Assembly: GCF_006345805.1 (NCBI RefSeq)
Contig: NC_043021.1
Coordinates: 6,448,001 to 6,512,000 of the forward strand
Reading direction: 5' to 3'
Length of the DNA: 64,000 nt
DNA from: Octopus sinensis
Taxonomy: Eukaryota
Shown: piece after piece, positions 1 through 11,537 of the stretch
Layout of the letters: each line of letters opens with the position of its first letter
Numbering within the stretch: the stretch's first letter is position 1
The notes under the pieces: generated by a model
What the model was told of the DNA's origin: nothing
The model's input: only the letters and a program-made list of their open reading frames with translations
Database searches by the model: none
Position numbers and translations under genes: made by a program

Positions 1-264
1 TATTACCTCTTCTGATCCATAGCTCACTTCCTGCTCTCACAAAACATCATCAACCAAGAGAAAGTAGAAGCTTCAGTGATGGAGTTCTTCACCTTGAAGT
101 GCAAGAACTGTTATCAGCATGGGATCAAAGAACTGGCAGAATGGCAGCTTCGGGTGGTGCAACACAATTGCCTCTACTTTGAATGCCAGGCTGCTTTTGA
201 AGGAAGTTGACAGATAAAGCAAATAAGCTACCAAAGTATTGCAAACCTTTTGTCTCAAAACAAT
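1..264 (+). mobile_element. Decayed mariner transposase C-terminus plus possible right TIR
   Basis: Frame 1 reads YYLF*SIAHFL...VMEFFTLKCKNCYQHGIKELAEWQLRVVQHNCLYFE, matching the mariner C-terminal pattern DYHLFRSL..FL...GI..L..RW..V....G.YF; ends in ...ccttttgtctcaaaacaata (TIR-like). Confidence 0.7.
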
Positions 265-345
265 ACAGTTGTAAGGTACTTTATATAAACATGTGTGTAT
301 GTGTGTATATATTGTATAGATAGATAGATGGATAGATAGATAGTT

Positions 346-851
346 CTGGGTTTAGTCCCACTGCGTGGCACCTTGGGCAAGTGTCTTCTACTATAGCCTC
401 GGGCCGACCAAAGCCTTGTGAGTGGATTTGGTAGACGGAAACTGAAAGAAGCCCGTCGTATATATGTATGTATATAGCTTGTTTACCAACCACATGGTTC
501 CGGGTTCAGTCCCACTGCGTGGCACCTTGGGCAAGTGTCTTCTACTATAGCCTCGGGCCGACCAAAGCCTTGTGAGTGGATTTGGTAGACGGAAACTGAA
601 AGAAGCCCGTCGTATATATGTATACGTGTGTACATGTGTGTGTGTATGTTTGTGACTCTGTGTTTGTGCCCCCAACATCGCTTGATAACCGATGCTGGTG
701 TGTTTACGTCCCCGTTACTTAGCAGTTCGGCAAAAGAGACCGATAGAATAAGTACTAGGCTTACAAAGAATAAGTCCTGGGGTCGATTTGCTTGACTAAA
801 AGGCGGTGTTCCAGCATGGCCACAGTCACATGACTGAAACATGTAAAAGAG
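346..851 (+). mobile_element. SINE family A: partial internal duplicate plus 5'-truncated copy
   Basis: B-box GGTTCAGTCCC, body ccttgggcaagtgtcttctactatag, internal TA/TG microsatellite, tail cagtca..tgactgaaac..gtaaaaga shared with about 20 copies in the window. Confidence 0.9.
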
Positions 852-1154
852 TTGTTTTATTCTGCCATTACTCAGATTTTTCACTTGTACAGGTAACAAA
901 AATATGCATACCTGCATATGTGTAGGTAAGTGTAAGAGATAATAGAATGTATAGAATTTAAGCGAGACAACCGAACCAAGGAATTGAACTCAAGACCTCA
1001 GTGGAACTAAACCACCTGTAGATTACCACCTCGTTTGTTTAAGTTTTCGATCTCAGTGAAATCAAGTGATGAGAAGCAATAAAGAACTAATTAGATGATA
1101 GATGATTAATGAAGGTATTGTGTTCCTCTCCCTCTCTCTGTCTCGTGTATGTAT

Positions 1155-1484
1155 ACTTAGAGAGAGGAGAGGGAGAGAGGGAGAGGGAGAAAGGGAGAGA
1201 GATAGAGAGAGGGAGAGGGAAAGAGAGAGAGGGATAGATAGAGAGGGAAAGAGAGAGGGAGAGGGAAAGAGAGATAGGGCTAGATAGAGGGGGAAAAGAG
1301 AGAGAGGGAGAGATAGAGAGGGAAAGAGAGAGAGACGGGGAGAGATAGAGAGAGAGGGAAATAGAGAGAAAGGGAAAGAGAGAGAGATAGAGAGGGAAAG
1401 AGAGACAGGGAGAGATAGAGAGAGAAATAGAGAGAGAGAGGGAAAGGGAGAGAGAGAGAAAGGGAGAGAGAGAGAGAGAGAGAG
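1155..1484. repeat. (GA)n-rich purine tract
   Basis: Direct reading. Confidence 0.95.
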
Positions 1485-1583
1485 GAGGCTGTTACTTCTT
1501 CAGATGTCAGCGCAGGAGACATGGGAGAGAAAGAGGTAGTGACCAAAGAAGGGGGACAGAAACAGACAGGCAGAGATTAAAAG

Positions 1584-1641
<58 letters not shown>

Positions 1642-2216
1642 GTATAGAGATAAAGACGGAATGAGCCGGAGGCAAAGAAACATAGATATAGAAGACAGAT
1701 GAGAGAAGAGAGAGAGAGAGAGAGATGAGAGAGAGACTGAGAATGAAAGAGAGAGAGAGAATAGGAGAGGTATATTTTTGTTATCTGAATGAATAAACAA
1801 AATAAAAGAAAGAATATCGCCGCGCAGAGGCTGCAGCAGAAGAAGGAAATAGAAAGAGAATCAAGGGAAATAAGCGAAAATAATGGTAGAATTCACTGAT
1901 ACTAGTACTTCTTTTGCACAACACAGTAATGCTATTACTACTGGTGATGCGGTTGTTGTTGATGTTGTGGTGGTGTTGTTGTTATTGCTGTTGCCATTCC
2001 CAGCACGTCGACGTTTGTGAGCATCAAGTGGGGTCAGCCTCGTGAATGTAAAGTCTCATGTGTCATGTCGTGGTCGTCGTCGTGGTTTGTTGGTTGGTGG
2101 TGGTGGTCGTGGTGGTCGTGGTCGTCGATATTTAGTTATGATGATATCATTGATGAAAAACAAACCTGGCTTTGGTGGTGGTGGTATATGCTGATGGTAT
2201 TGGTGCGTGCATACGG

Positions 2217-2420
2217 CGTGCGTGTGTGTGTGTGTGTGTGTGTTTGTGAGGATGTAAGGAAGGAAGGAAGGGGGGAGGATGAGGAGGAGGAGAGATACAG
2301 GAAGAGGAGAAACAAATGTATAGAGAGAGAGGGAGAGAGAGAGAAATATAGGAAAAAGGAGGGGGCAGGAGAAAGAGAAGTGAAAGATGGATGAAGGAGA
2401 GAAGCAGAAGGGCATAAGAG

Positions 2421-2451
<31 letters not shown>

Positions 2452-2745
2452 GAGAGAAAGAAAAAAAGAAAGAAAGAGAGAGAGAAAGAAAGAAAGAAAG
2501 AGAGAGAGAAAGAAAGAGAGAAAGAAAGACAGACAGAAAGAAAGAAAGAAAGACAGACAGAAAGAAAGAAAGAAAGAAAGAGAGAAAGAAAGAGAAAAAG
2601 AAAGAAAGAAAGAGAGAAAGAAAGGGAAAGAAAGAAAGAAAGAAAGAGAGAGAGAAAGAAGAGACAGAAGCACGGAGGAATATCGCAAATGAAAAAGAGA
2701 GATAAGGCGGAGAGAGTGGGGAGGAGGGAGGAGGAGGAGAGCGGG
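2217..2745. repeat. (GT)n, (GAAA)n and (GA)n compound microsatellite
   Basis: Direct reading. Confidence 0.95.
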
Positions 2746-3277
2746 GGAACTGGAATTATTGCAGCGAAAATCAATGGAAATTTGTCGTTTCCGCCAGACT
2801 GACGATGGCGGCTAGATTGTTGTTATTATGGAGTTTTCGAGTGTTTAGGACGCTGTTAACTCATTACCACCGCAATAACATCACTGTAACACACCACTAC
2901 TACAACAACACACTCTAATACTACCGCCAACACCACAACCACCTTTGTAGCACCACCACCACCACCGCGACTGTAACGCCACCACCGTCCCTTTCACTGT
3001 TTGCAGAAGGTGGGCCAAAAGTCACGCAGCGATACAGTCGACATTTTATTCATATTAACGTTGTTATTATTATTTATCCTTCGTTCGTTTTATTCATAAT
3101 GTACAATTAATTACGTGTGTATTCATCACTGTTTTTTATTTCTTTCGTTCAATTTTAGAAAAACTGAAGCTGGTCTCAGACAATTCCGGAGCGAATTGAA
3201 CTTAATTCGTGCGTGACTTTTGGCTCACCCTGTTAATACGTTAAGCTGAAGGTGGATAGTGTCATGGGGCTGATGGA

Positions 3278-3547
3278 CAGGGTGGGAATTGGTCTGATGT
3301 TAAGTATGGTATGGTGTAAGGGCAGATCTAACGTGATGCAGTGTCGTGCAACGTGGTGTGTTGCCATGTGCCATAGTACAAATGTGGGGTAGCAAAGTGC
3401 AGCGTACCAAATATTGAAATGAATGGGTGTTCCTTCTGCATTTTTGAAAAATGAGATGTTATCATTATGTCAATCAAGAACAGGGTGGGAATTGGTCTGA
3501 TGTGAAGTATGGTATGGTGTAAGGGTAGATCTATCGTGATGCAGTGT
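3278..3547 (+). repeat. 67-bp direct duplication (3278-3344 and 3481-3547)
   Basis: cagggtgggaattggtctgatg...gtgatgcagtgt occurs twice with 3 mismatches. Confidence 0.9.
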
Positions 3548-3592
3548 TATCCAGAGTTTCTGTCAACAAGAGTTGACAGAAACTCTGGATAA
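3547..3592. repeat. Perfect 21-bp inverted repeat with 4-nt loop
   Basis: ttatccagagtttctgtcaac-aaga-gttgacagaaactctggataa. Confidence 0.95.
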
Positions 3593-3689
3593 AGTACAAT
3601 ACAATGTATTCTCACTTGACCAAGGCAGGGCTTATGGAAGCATGTACCTGTTAATTGGTTTCAAATGTTGGCACAAGTCCAGCAATTTA

Positions 3690-4010
3690 AGGGCAGGGGG
3701 TAAGTTGATTATATTGACCCCAGTGCTCAGTTGGTACCTCGAATTTGCCTTTCATCATTTCGGGGTCAATAAATTAAGTACCAGTTATGCACTGGGATCG
3801 ATGTAATCGACTTAATACCTTTGTCTGTCCTTGTTTGTCCCCTCTGTGTTTAGCCCCTGGTGGGCAGTAAAGAAATATATTTTATTGACCTTGAAATGAT
3901 GAAAGGTAAAGTTGACCTCAGCAGCATTTGTACTCAGGATGTCAAGACAGATGGAAGCTGCTAAATATTTTGCCTGGCATGCTAACGATTCTGCCAGCTC
4001 ACTGCCCTAA
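3690..4010. mobile_element. Two degenerate SINE family B fragments, opposite orientations
   Basis: ttgcctttcatcatttcggggtcaataaattaagtaccag (+) and gatgaaaggtaaagttgacctc...gattctgccagctc (-). Confidence 0.8.
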
Positions 4011-4139
4011 TGTGCCCGTTAAGCAAGATTGAGCATAAGGCAAGCAGACAGGCAGAATTGGTGTGGCCACATGCCTTACCAAAATGCTGGTCCTGCAGTA
4101 AATGAGAAAAAGAAACACAAGGAAACATGGTCAGGGATA

Positions 4140-4463
4140 TTGATACTGGGGCCGGTGGCACGAAAAAAGCACTATCCAAACATGGCCAATGCCAGCACTG
4201 CCTTGACTGGCTTTCGTACCGGTGGCACGTAAAAAGCACTAACTGATCATGGCCATTGCCAGCCTCCTCTGGCCCCTGTGCTGGTGGCACGTAAAAAGCA
4301 CCAACTACACTCATGGAGTGGTTGGCGTTAGGAAGGGCATCCAGCTGTAGAAACACTGCCAGATCAGACTGGAGCCTGGTGCAGCCTCCTGGATTTCCAG
4401 ACCCAGGTCGAACTGTCCAGCCCATGCTAGCATGGAAAACGGACGTTAAATGATGATGATGAT
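4140..4463 (+). mobile_element. SINE-like family D, 3' part with (TGA)n tail
   Basis: ggcacgtaaaaagcac internal repeats, ggagtggttggcgttaggaagggcatccagctgtagaaac, tail ggacgttaaatgatgatgatgat; same as 45251-45571. Confidence 0.85.
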
Positions 4464-4665
4464 GTACTGACCCTTGACTTGTCACCTTTATGACACAGTT
4501 CTGGTAGATGGTGAAAGCAGAGGTGATCTGCAATAACATAACTGGTTGGGATCCCACATGAATTTCCAAGCCCTGAAGACCTCCAAAAATCAGAGGGGTA
4601 GCCCAGATTTTAACCCATTTGAGGGAATAGAGCTCAGATAGGTGGCACAGAGCAGAACTCCTATT

Positions 4666-4710
4666 TGCTCCATATATGGTAATGAAGATCACTTAAGGCC
4701 TTTCTACCCA
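4666..4710 (+). pseudogene. Possible decayed CCHC zinc knuckle (retroelement ORF1/gag remnant)
   Basis: CSIYGNEDHLRPFYP has CX2CX4HX4C spacing with Cys2 and Cys3 read as Tyr (TAT/TAC, each one G>A from a Cys codon). Confidence 0.3.
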
Positions 4711-6108
4711 GAAGAGGAGGAGAACAAACAAAACAGGAAAAAGTACAGTCATCAACAACAGGTTTGAGGGGAAGGCCACAGAAGCTTCTGTTACCATTGT
4801 TTGTACAGCACCATTGGTTATAGCTTTGAGGGTAGCCAGGGTAGAAGGGGAGACAAATGAATTCATCATCTGTGCCACCCACACAAACAGACAAGAAGAG
4901 GCACTAAAAAATTAAGGTGTTGTCCCCTTTAGCATAAAACTGGCCAGAGGTTTACAAGCAGAGGTCCTACCCTGTTGTCAATGGAGGTGCTTGGAAGAAG
5001 ATAGTAAACCATCAGGGTGAGTAAAATAAAAGGAAAAATTAAAAGATTGAGCTTAGATTAAAAAGCCAAGTAGAAGGACAGAATACTTTACAAACAGGCA
5101 ACCACCTCTATGAAGTATCTGAACATTATGGTATTTCAAAGAGATAACCATAGGTTACACTGGCTAACAAATTTTTATCTATTTATTTTTTTGTCTTTGG
5201 TCAATAAAGGGTTATTTCCTGTTTGCTTCTATCTAGAAACCAAAGGTAATCACTGCTCTTCTCTTCAAACTTTGCTTTTGTCACCTGGACATAAATTTTT
5301 TTCAAACTGACCTATTTTCCATTACATTTCAGATAGATTCAGTGCTGAATTGCTGAAGCAGAAATATCATTATAGCAAATGCTCTGTTCAATACCACAGA
5401 CTTGCTTGTCAGTTGCTTGATCATAACCACTTGAGCATGTCCCTTAGTGGCTGACAATATGTGCATCTCTGATGATGAGCAGGAGTAGTGGGAGAGCATT
5501 ATAGCCATGTGTTGAGAGGGATTCTTATGGGTTTGGAATAAATGTAAGAAAAGCAGAGTTGGAAGGATTAGCCAATTTCCATAAACAAAAAGGAAATAAC
5601 AGTTGCCATCCAGGGACAAAAATCATGTTACACAGTGTGATTTGATTTGATGGGAAAACCAAAAGGTAGTAAAAGAGAAATAAAACAAATACAATGTTGA
5701 TTGAGGAGGGGATGATGGTGGCAGAGGGGACAATATCAGATGCTTCAAAAAGGTCATTGGTAGCTAAGGACCATACCAGTGGCCTATAGATGGTTATGAG
5801 GATGTGGGATATTTTATGGTTTTGCTAAAGGCAAAGATGCTCGCAGAAAATTTTAGAGGAGCAGGTCTGTAGAAGACAATTGGAGTCATGAGGTACTTTG
5901 ACCCTAATCAGGGATTCCCATCCCTTCATGGGTCAGTTGTCCACACTTAGTTTTCTGTACAAAATGGTTAACCTGTTACATCACTGCACCGCTTCTGTTT
6001 ATTGTATATATGATTTCATCCTAACAGTTTTGTAACTACGTTTATATATTTGTTGTGCAAGATTTTTTTATGTGAAGTCGTGTGTTGAAACAGACATTGT
6101 TGTATTTC

Positions 6109-6501
6109 GGAATGGTCATTTTGCCAGTTTAGCCAATGAAAACACACGCACTATATATTTGGTATTACTTTGCTTCAGTGTTATTTATTTTTTACATCAA
6201 TCTTAATCTTATTTCGGCCAGAGTTCTTTCGTCACACTCCTGTGGCCTCATCAGTGGTCCTTTGCTTTCTTCTTTCTTATTTGTGTGTCTCTCCTTACTA
6301 ACGGTTAGTAAGGAGAGACACACAAATAAGAAAGAAGAAAGCAAAGGACCACTGATGCGGTCACAGGAGTGTGACGAAAGAACTCTGGCCGAAATAAGAT
6401 TAAGATTAATGTAAAAAAAAATAGATAACACTGAAGCAGAGTAACACCAAATATATAGTGCGTGTGTTTTTTATTGGCTAAACTGGCAAAATGACCATTC
6501 C
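6109..6501. mobile_element. Long palindrome (about 195-bp arms, 1-nt loop at 6303); probable inverted pLTR of a Penelope-like element
   Basis: Arms ggaatggtcattttgccag... / ...ctggcaaaatgaccattcc; each arm carries a hammerhead-like motif. Confidence 0.75.
6347..6390 (+). ncRNA. Minimal type I hammerhead ribozyme fold, A9>C lesion (mirror copy 6216-6259 on minus has intact core)
   Basis: Stem I GACCA/UGGCC, core CUGAUG(C/A), G, stem II GUCAC/GUGAC, GAAA, GAAC, UC cleavage site. Confidence 0.6.
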
Positions 6502-6635
6502 TAATTACAAGTTTTGTAACTCCTTGCAGGGTTTGTTTCAACCCTTTACATTCTGAGTTCAAATCTGCATGATGGAATTGCTGGTGTTGGCACAGTAATA
6601 CACTGGCTCCAACACGTTGTCCTCTGAAGGGGAGA

Positions 6636-6846
6636 AGGTGCATTTGGCAGAATCGTTACCATGTCAGGCAAAATGCTCAGTGGCCTTTTGTCTGTCTTCA
6701 CATTCTGAGTTCAGATTCCGCCGAGGTCAACTTTGCCTTTCTTCCTTTCAGGGTCGATAAATTAAGTACCAGTGAAACACTGGTGATGATGTAATTGACT
6801 GGTCCTCTCCCACAACATTTCAGACCTTATGTCTGTAGTAGAAAGG

Positions 6847-6893
<47 letters not shown>

Positions 6894-7102
6894 GGTGTCA
6901 AGCTGACAGAATCGTTAGCACACCAGGCAAGATGCTTAGCAGTATTTCGTCTACCTTCACATTTTGAGTTCAAATTCCACCAAGGTCAACTTTGCCTTTC
7001 ATCCTTTCAGGGTTGATAAAATGAGTACCAGTTGCGTACTAAGGTTGATGTAATTGATTTACCCCCTCCCTGAACTTGCTGACCATAAGCCAAAATTTAT
7101 CA

Positions 7103-7136
<34 letters not shown>

Positions 7137-7376
7137 CCTCATTATTATTATTATTATTATTTAGGGTGGTGAGCTGGCAGAGTTGTTAGCTGGACGAAAT
7201 GTTTAGCAGTATTTCATCGGTTGCTACATTCTGAGTTCAAATCCCACCAAGGTCAACTTCACCTTTCATCCTTTTGGGGTCAATAAATTAAGTACTAGTT
7301 AAGCATTGGGGTCAATGTAATCAACCACTCTCCTCCCCTAAAATTTCAGGCTTTGTGCCTATAGTAGACAAGGATT

Positions 7377-7443
<67 letters not shown>

Positions 7444-8112
7444 TTACTACTGAGGTAGCAAGCCAAGGTGGTAAGCTGGTAGAATTGTTACCATGCCAAA
7501 CAAAAATGCAAAGCGGCATTTTGTCTGTCTTCACGTTCTGAGTTCAAATTCCACCAAAGTCCACTTTGCCCATCGTCGTTTCAGGGTTAATAAAATAAGT
7601 ACCAGTTGAGCATTGGGGGTCGATGTAATCAACTTGCCCCCCTCCCTCAACCTTGCTGGTCTTGTGCCAAAATTTGAAACCATTATCAAGGTGACAACTG
7701 GCAGAATCATTAGCATATCGAACAAGATGTTTAGTGGCATTTCTTCCAGTTCAATGTTCTGAGTTCAAATCCTGCCAAAGTCGAATTTGTCTTTCATCCT
7801 CTCTGGGTCAATAAAATAAGTACCAGTTAAACACTGGAGTTGATTCAATTAAGTAGACCCCTTCCTTACAAAATTTTAGGCCCTGTACTGTAGAAAAGTT
7901 TATTATTCATGGCAAGCTGGCAGAATCGTTAGCACACCAGACAAAATGCTTGGCAGTATTACATCTGTATTTACATTCTGAGTTCAATTTCTGATGAGGT
8001 TGACCTTGTCTTCCATCCTTTTGGTGTTGATAAAATAAGCATCAGTTAGTTGATCACTGGGGTTGATGTAACGGACTAGCCCCTTCCCTCAAAATTTCAC
8101 ACCTTATGCTTA
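6636..8112 (+). mobile_element. Six head-to-tail SINE B (B2 subtype) copies, several separated by (TTA)n
   Basis: Repeated (gagc)tggcagaatcgttag...ctgagttcaaat...ttgcctttcatcc...gtaccagtt...aaatttcaggc...gtagaaaggattattatt. Confidence 0.85.
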
Positions 8113-8119
8113 CAGTAGA

Positions 8120-8290
8120 GGCGCAAGAGTGGCTGTGTGGTAAGTAGCTTGCTAACCAACCACATGGTTCCGGGTTCAGTCCCACTGCATGACATCTTGG
8201 GCAAGTGTCTTCTGTTATAGCCCCGGGCCGACCAATGTCTTGTGAGTGGATTTGGTAGACGGAAACTGAAAGAAGCCTGTCGTATATATG

Positions 8291-8321
<31 letters not shown>

Positions 8322-8533
8322 TTGTGTTTGTCCTCCTAGCATTGCCTGACAGCCGATGCTGGTGTGTTTATGTCCCCGTCACTTAGCGGTTCGGCAAAAG
8401 GGACCGATAGAATAAGTACTGGGCTTACAAAGAATAAGTTCCAGGGTCGATTTGCTCGACTAAAGGCAGTGCTCCAGCATGGCCGCAGTCAAATGACTGA
8501 AACAAGTAAAAGAGTAAAGAGTAAGAGAGTAGA
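8120..8533 (+). mobile_element. SINE family A, full length
   Basis: A-box TGGCTGTGTGG, B-box GGTTCAGTCCC, tail gtaaaagagtaaagagtaagag. Confidence 0.92.
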
Positions 8534-8962
8534 GAAGATTATTATTATTATGGCCACAAGGTGCAACTTAAATGCAGAATCCAAAGGTAAAAAAAAACAA
8601 AAAAAACAATGATGGGTAAGGATTAGGATTAACCTACTATCTTAAAAATGTAAGGGCACATTTATTTGATGATGCAGTTTTAGGTAAATGTCCTGAAAAC
8701 AAATAGAAAATAAGACAGGAATACTTTTCATTATAAGTGTGCTCAATGAAGGCTGACCTTGTATTATTTATGTTGAGTGGTAATCTGATACCTCAAACAA
8801 ATTACCAGCATAGAGAGAGAAAGAGAGAGATAGAGTATGTGTGTGTGTGTGTGACATCTGACTGAAAGTGATACGACATAAACACACACATAAAACCAGC
8901 TATTTCACATATACACACTGTGATATATTTGTGTTTAGATGAATGACATCATTAAATAAGCT

Positions 8963-9042
8963 GCACACACACACATGCGCACACACACACAAACACACAC
9001 ACACAAACACACCACACACACACACACACAAACACACACACC

Positions 9043-9076
<34 letters not shown>

Positions 9077-9084
9077 GCACACAA

Positions 9085-9124
<40 letters not shown>

Positions 9125-9139
9125 GCACACAAACACACA

Positions 9140-9180
<41 letters not shown>

Positions 9181-9199
9181 ACAAACACACACACACACA
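8963..9199. repeat. Interrupted (CA)n microsatellite
   Basis: Direct reading. Confidence 0.95.
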
Positions 9200-9214
9200 T
9201 GTAAGTATGTATAC

Positions 9215-9695
9215 AAACCATCAACACAAGAAACACTGATGGAACATTCCCATCAAAATATCTATCTATCAAGTGTAAACACAACAGGCCAGACATTGTT
9301 GTTTGGGACAGAAGAGGAAAAAGTATACACAGTTACAGAGAGCTGTCCTGGTGATGAGAATACCTCTTTGAAAATCAATAAGAAAGAAGAAAACTAAGGA
9401 TAACTGCTTTGAAACCTCCTGTTTCTGTATCTAGATTACAAATTTACATTTATACCAATAACAATCGGTGCACTTGGTTCTGTAAGTAAATGCCTTTGTG
9501 ACAATCTGGATAAGCTTGGATTTTCAGAAAAAGAAATCAACCATCTGAATCGCACATTACAAATTACAATCTGTAAAGTGGAACAATAAAAATATGCAAG
9601 ACTTTTCTCAAGTTTAAAAATGTGACATTGTTATTGTTACTGTTATCTATATTCCAATAATGGAGCTTTGTATCTTTTTTTTTTGTTAGAAACCA
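9215..9695 (+). mobile_element. Decayed 3' end of an RLE-type non-LTR retrotransposon (R4/NeSL-like, family 2)
   Basis: Frameshift-corrected translation WNIPIK...KCKHNRPDIVVWDR.EKV..V.E.SCPGDEN...FTFIPITIGALGSVSKCL..NLDKLGFSEKE; second copy at 54909-55341. Confidence 0.75.
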
Positions 9696-9940
9696 GCTCC
9701 TTCCTCAGAAGAAGGGCTTAAAAGAAAAAAAAAAATCAAAAGCAGAAGAGAACATACATATATCGATTGGTAGTGTGTGATATTTCACAGGCAAAAAAAT
9801 AAATAAATATATAAATAAAAAACAAAAACAAAGAACATTGAAAGATGTACAACATAAACACAGAATTAACAACGTTATCTCACATATACACACGGTGATA
9901 CATATTGTCATATTGTATACATATGTGATATCATTATATA

Positions 9941-9982
<42 letters not shown>

Positions 9983-10006
9983 GGTTAGTGTAGTGTGTGA
10001 TACTTC

Positions 10007-10082
<76 letters not shown>

Positions 10083-10224
10083 TTAGTGTAGTGTGTGATA
10101 TTTCATTGAAAAACAAAAATATATAATAAAAAAAACACTGATGTATATGTGCAACATAAAAGCTAACAGAAGTAGCTATGTTATCAAACATGTACACATT
10201 TGAGATACAGTGTTCTTTTTAATC

Positions 10225-10476
10225 TTTTGTTTCTCAGCCATTTTTTGCCTGTGGACCCCTTTGGTTCCCTTTTATTCTACTGGGCTTCCTTAACCATTTG
10301 GACTTTTAAAAAAATGCCATGATATTGTTTTATAATTAAATATCATTAACAATTGTATAAAAATAATTGTTAAAAATTTTGTGTATTATAGAAGTAAAAA
10401 CAAATTTATTGCTCACAAACTTCAATATCTTTTATGGACCCCCAATGGCCATATGGACCCTGATTGAAAAACCACA
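10225..10476 (+). mobile_element. hAT/Charlie-like MITE
   Basis: Ends resemble CAGTGGTTCTCAACC TIRs (gtttctcagccatttttt... / ...gattgaaaaccacag); internal ggacccc repeats; inverted copy at 11283-11537, end fragment near 46811-46852. Confidence 0.55.
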
Positions 10477-10880
10477 GTTTTAGTCAGTTGTTAAGGCACC
10501 CAGCGCCTTCCTTCTCTCTCCGCTGGTGAGGAGAGAAGGAAGGAGCTGTCCTCTAACTGGAGACCTGGTTCAAATGTTTGCAATAGAGTAGACTCTACTA
10601 AAGCCACCCCGGGTACCAGGGTGGTAGTGTTAAAGCAGATGACTGTGTAGGCTAGGGAAGGATTTGAACACTGGATGGAAAGAGTTGCATCAACTACCAT
10701 GAGATATCCAGTGTAGTGGTCTTACACTTGCGTACTCATCTGCTTGGATTGGTACTTTTTAAATGACCCCAAATAGATGAATGGCAAAACTGATCTCGGT
10801 GGGACTTGAATTCAGAGTGCAGAGAGACAAAACAAATATTGTGAGATATTCTATCTATGATATCTTTAATGGGCCATTTG

Positions 10881-11166
10881 TATATTTTGGTTGGCAGTGT
10901 GTGATATCTAGTTGTCATTAAAACTGAAAGATATACAACAGAAACTCCCAGAGAACTACCTATCATATATCACATAAACACATTGAGATGCACAACTCTA
11001 TAGCTGTGTGATATCTTAACTGGGCTGCTTCTATATTTTGATTGGCAGTGTGTGATATCTAGTGGTCATTAAGACTAAAAGATATACAACACAAACTCTC
11101 TGAGAACTACCTCTCTAATATCACATAAACACACTGAGATGCACAACTGTATAGCCGTGTGATATC
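10881..11166 (+). repeat. Tandem duplication with 151-bp period
   Basis: tatattttg.ttggcagtgtgtgatatctagt...gatgcacaact.tatagc.gtgtgatatc at 10881 and 11032. Confidence 0.9.
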
Positions 11167-11282
11167 CTATATGTATATCTTTGCATTAGTAACGTAATAT
11201 CGAGCTGACAATAACACAGAACGATATACAACACAGAACATGTACACAACTAGCTATCCCATATACACACAATGTGATACAC

Positions 11283-11537
11283 ACTGTATTTGCTCTGTGG
11301 TCCATATTACCCTTGAGGGTCCACAGAGGATATCACTGTTAAAATTTATGAGCAATAAATTGGTTACACTTCTACAATACACAAAACATATTAACAATTT
11401 TTTAAATGCAATTTCTGATAATATTTAATTATATAAGTATAATAGGATTTTTGAAACATTGGATGGCTATGAGGGTCCACCCAAGTAAAAATAGGAATCA
11501 AAGGGGTCCATAGGTAAAACTTGTTTGGGAACCACTG
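11283..11537 (-). mobile_element. hAT/Charlie-like MITE, second copy
   Basis: Ends gtttgggaaccactg (reverse complement CAGTGGTTCCCAAAC); body matches reverse complement of 10240-10470. Confidence 0.6.

Noticed and set aside
2805-2918. ATGGCG start reading MAARLLLLWSFRVFRTLL (transit-peptide-like)
   Set aside because: TAA after 37 codons; other frames are also closed before the putative donor
10491-10700. GC-rich ORF/hairpin island
   Set aside because: Hairpins arise from short purine/pyrimidine tracts; peptide not recognisable
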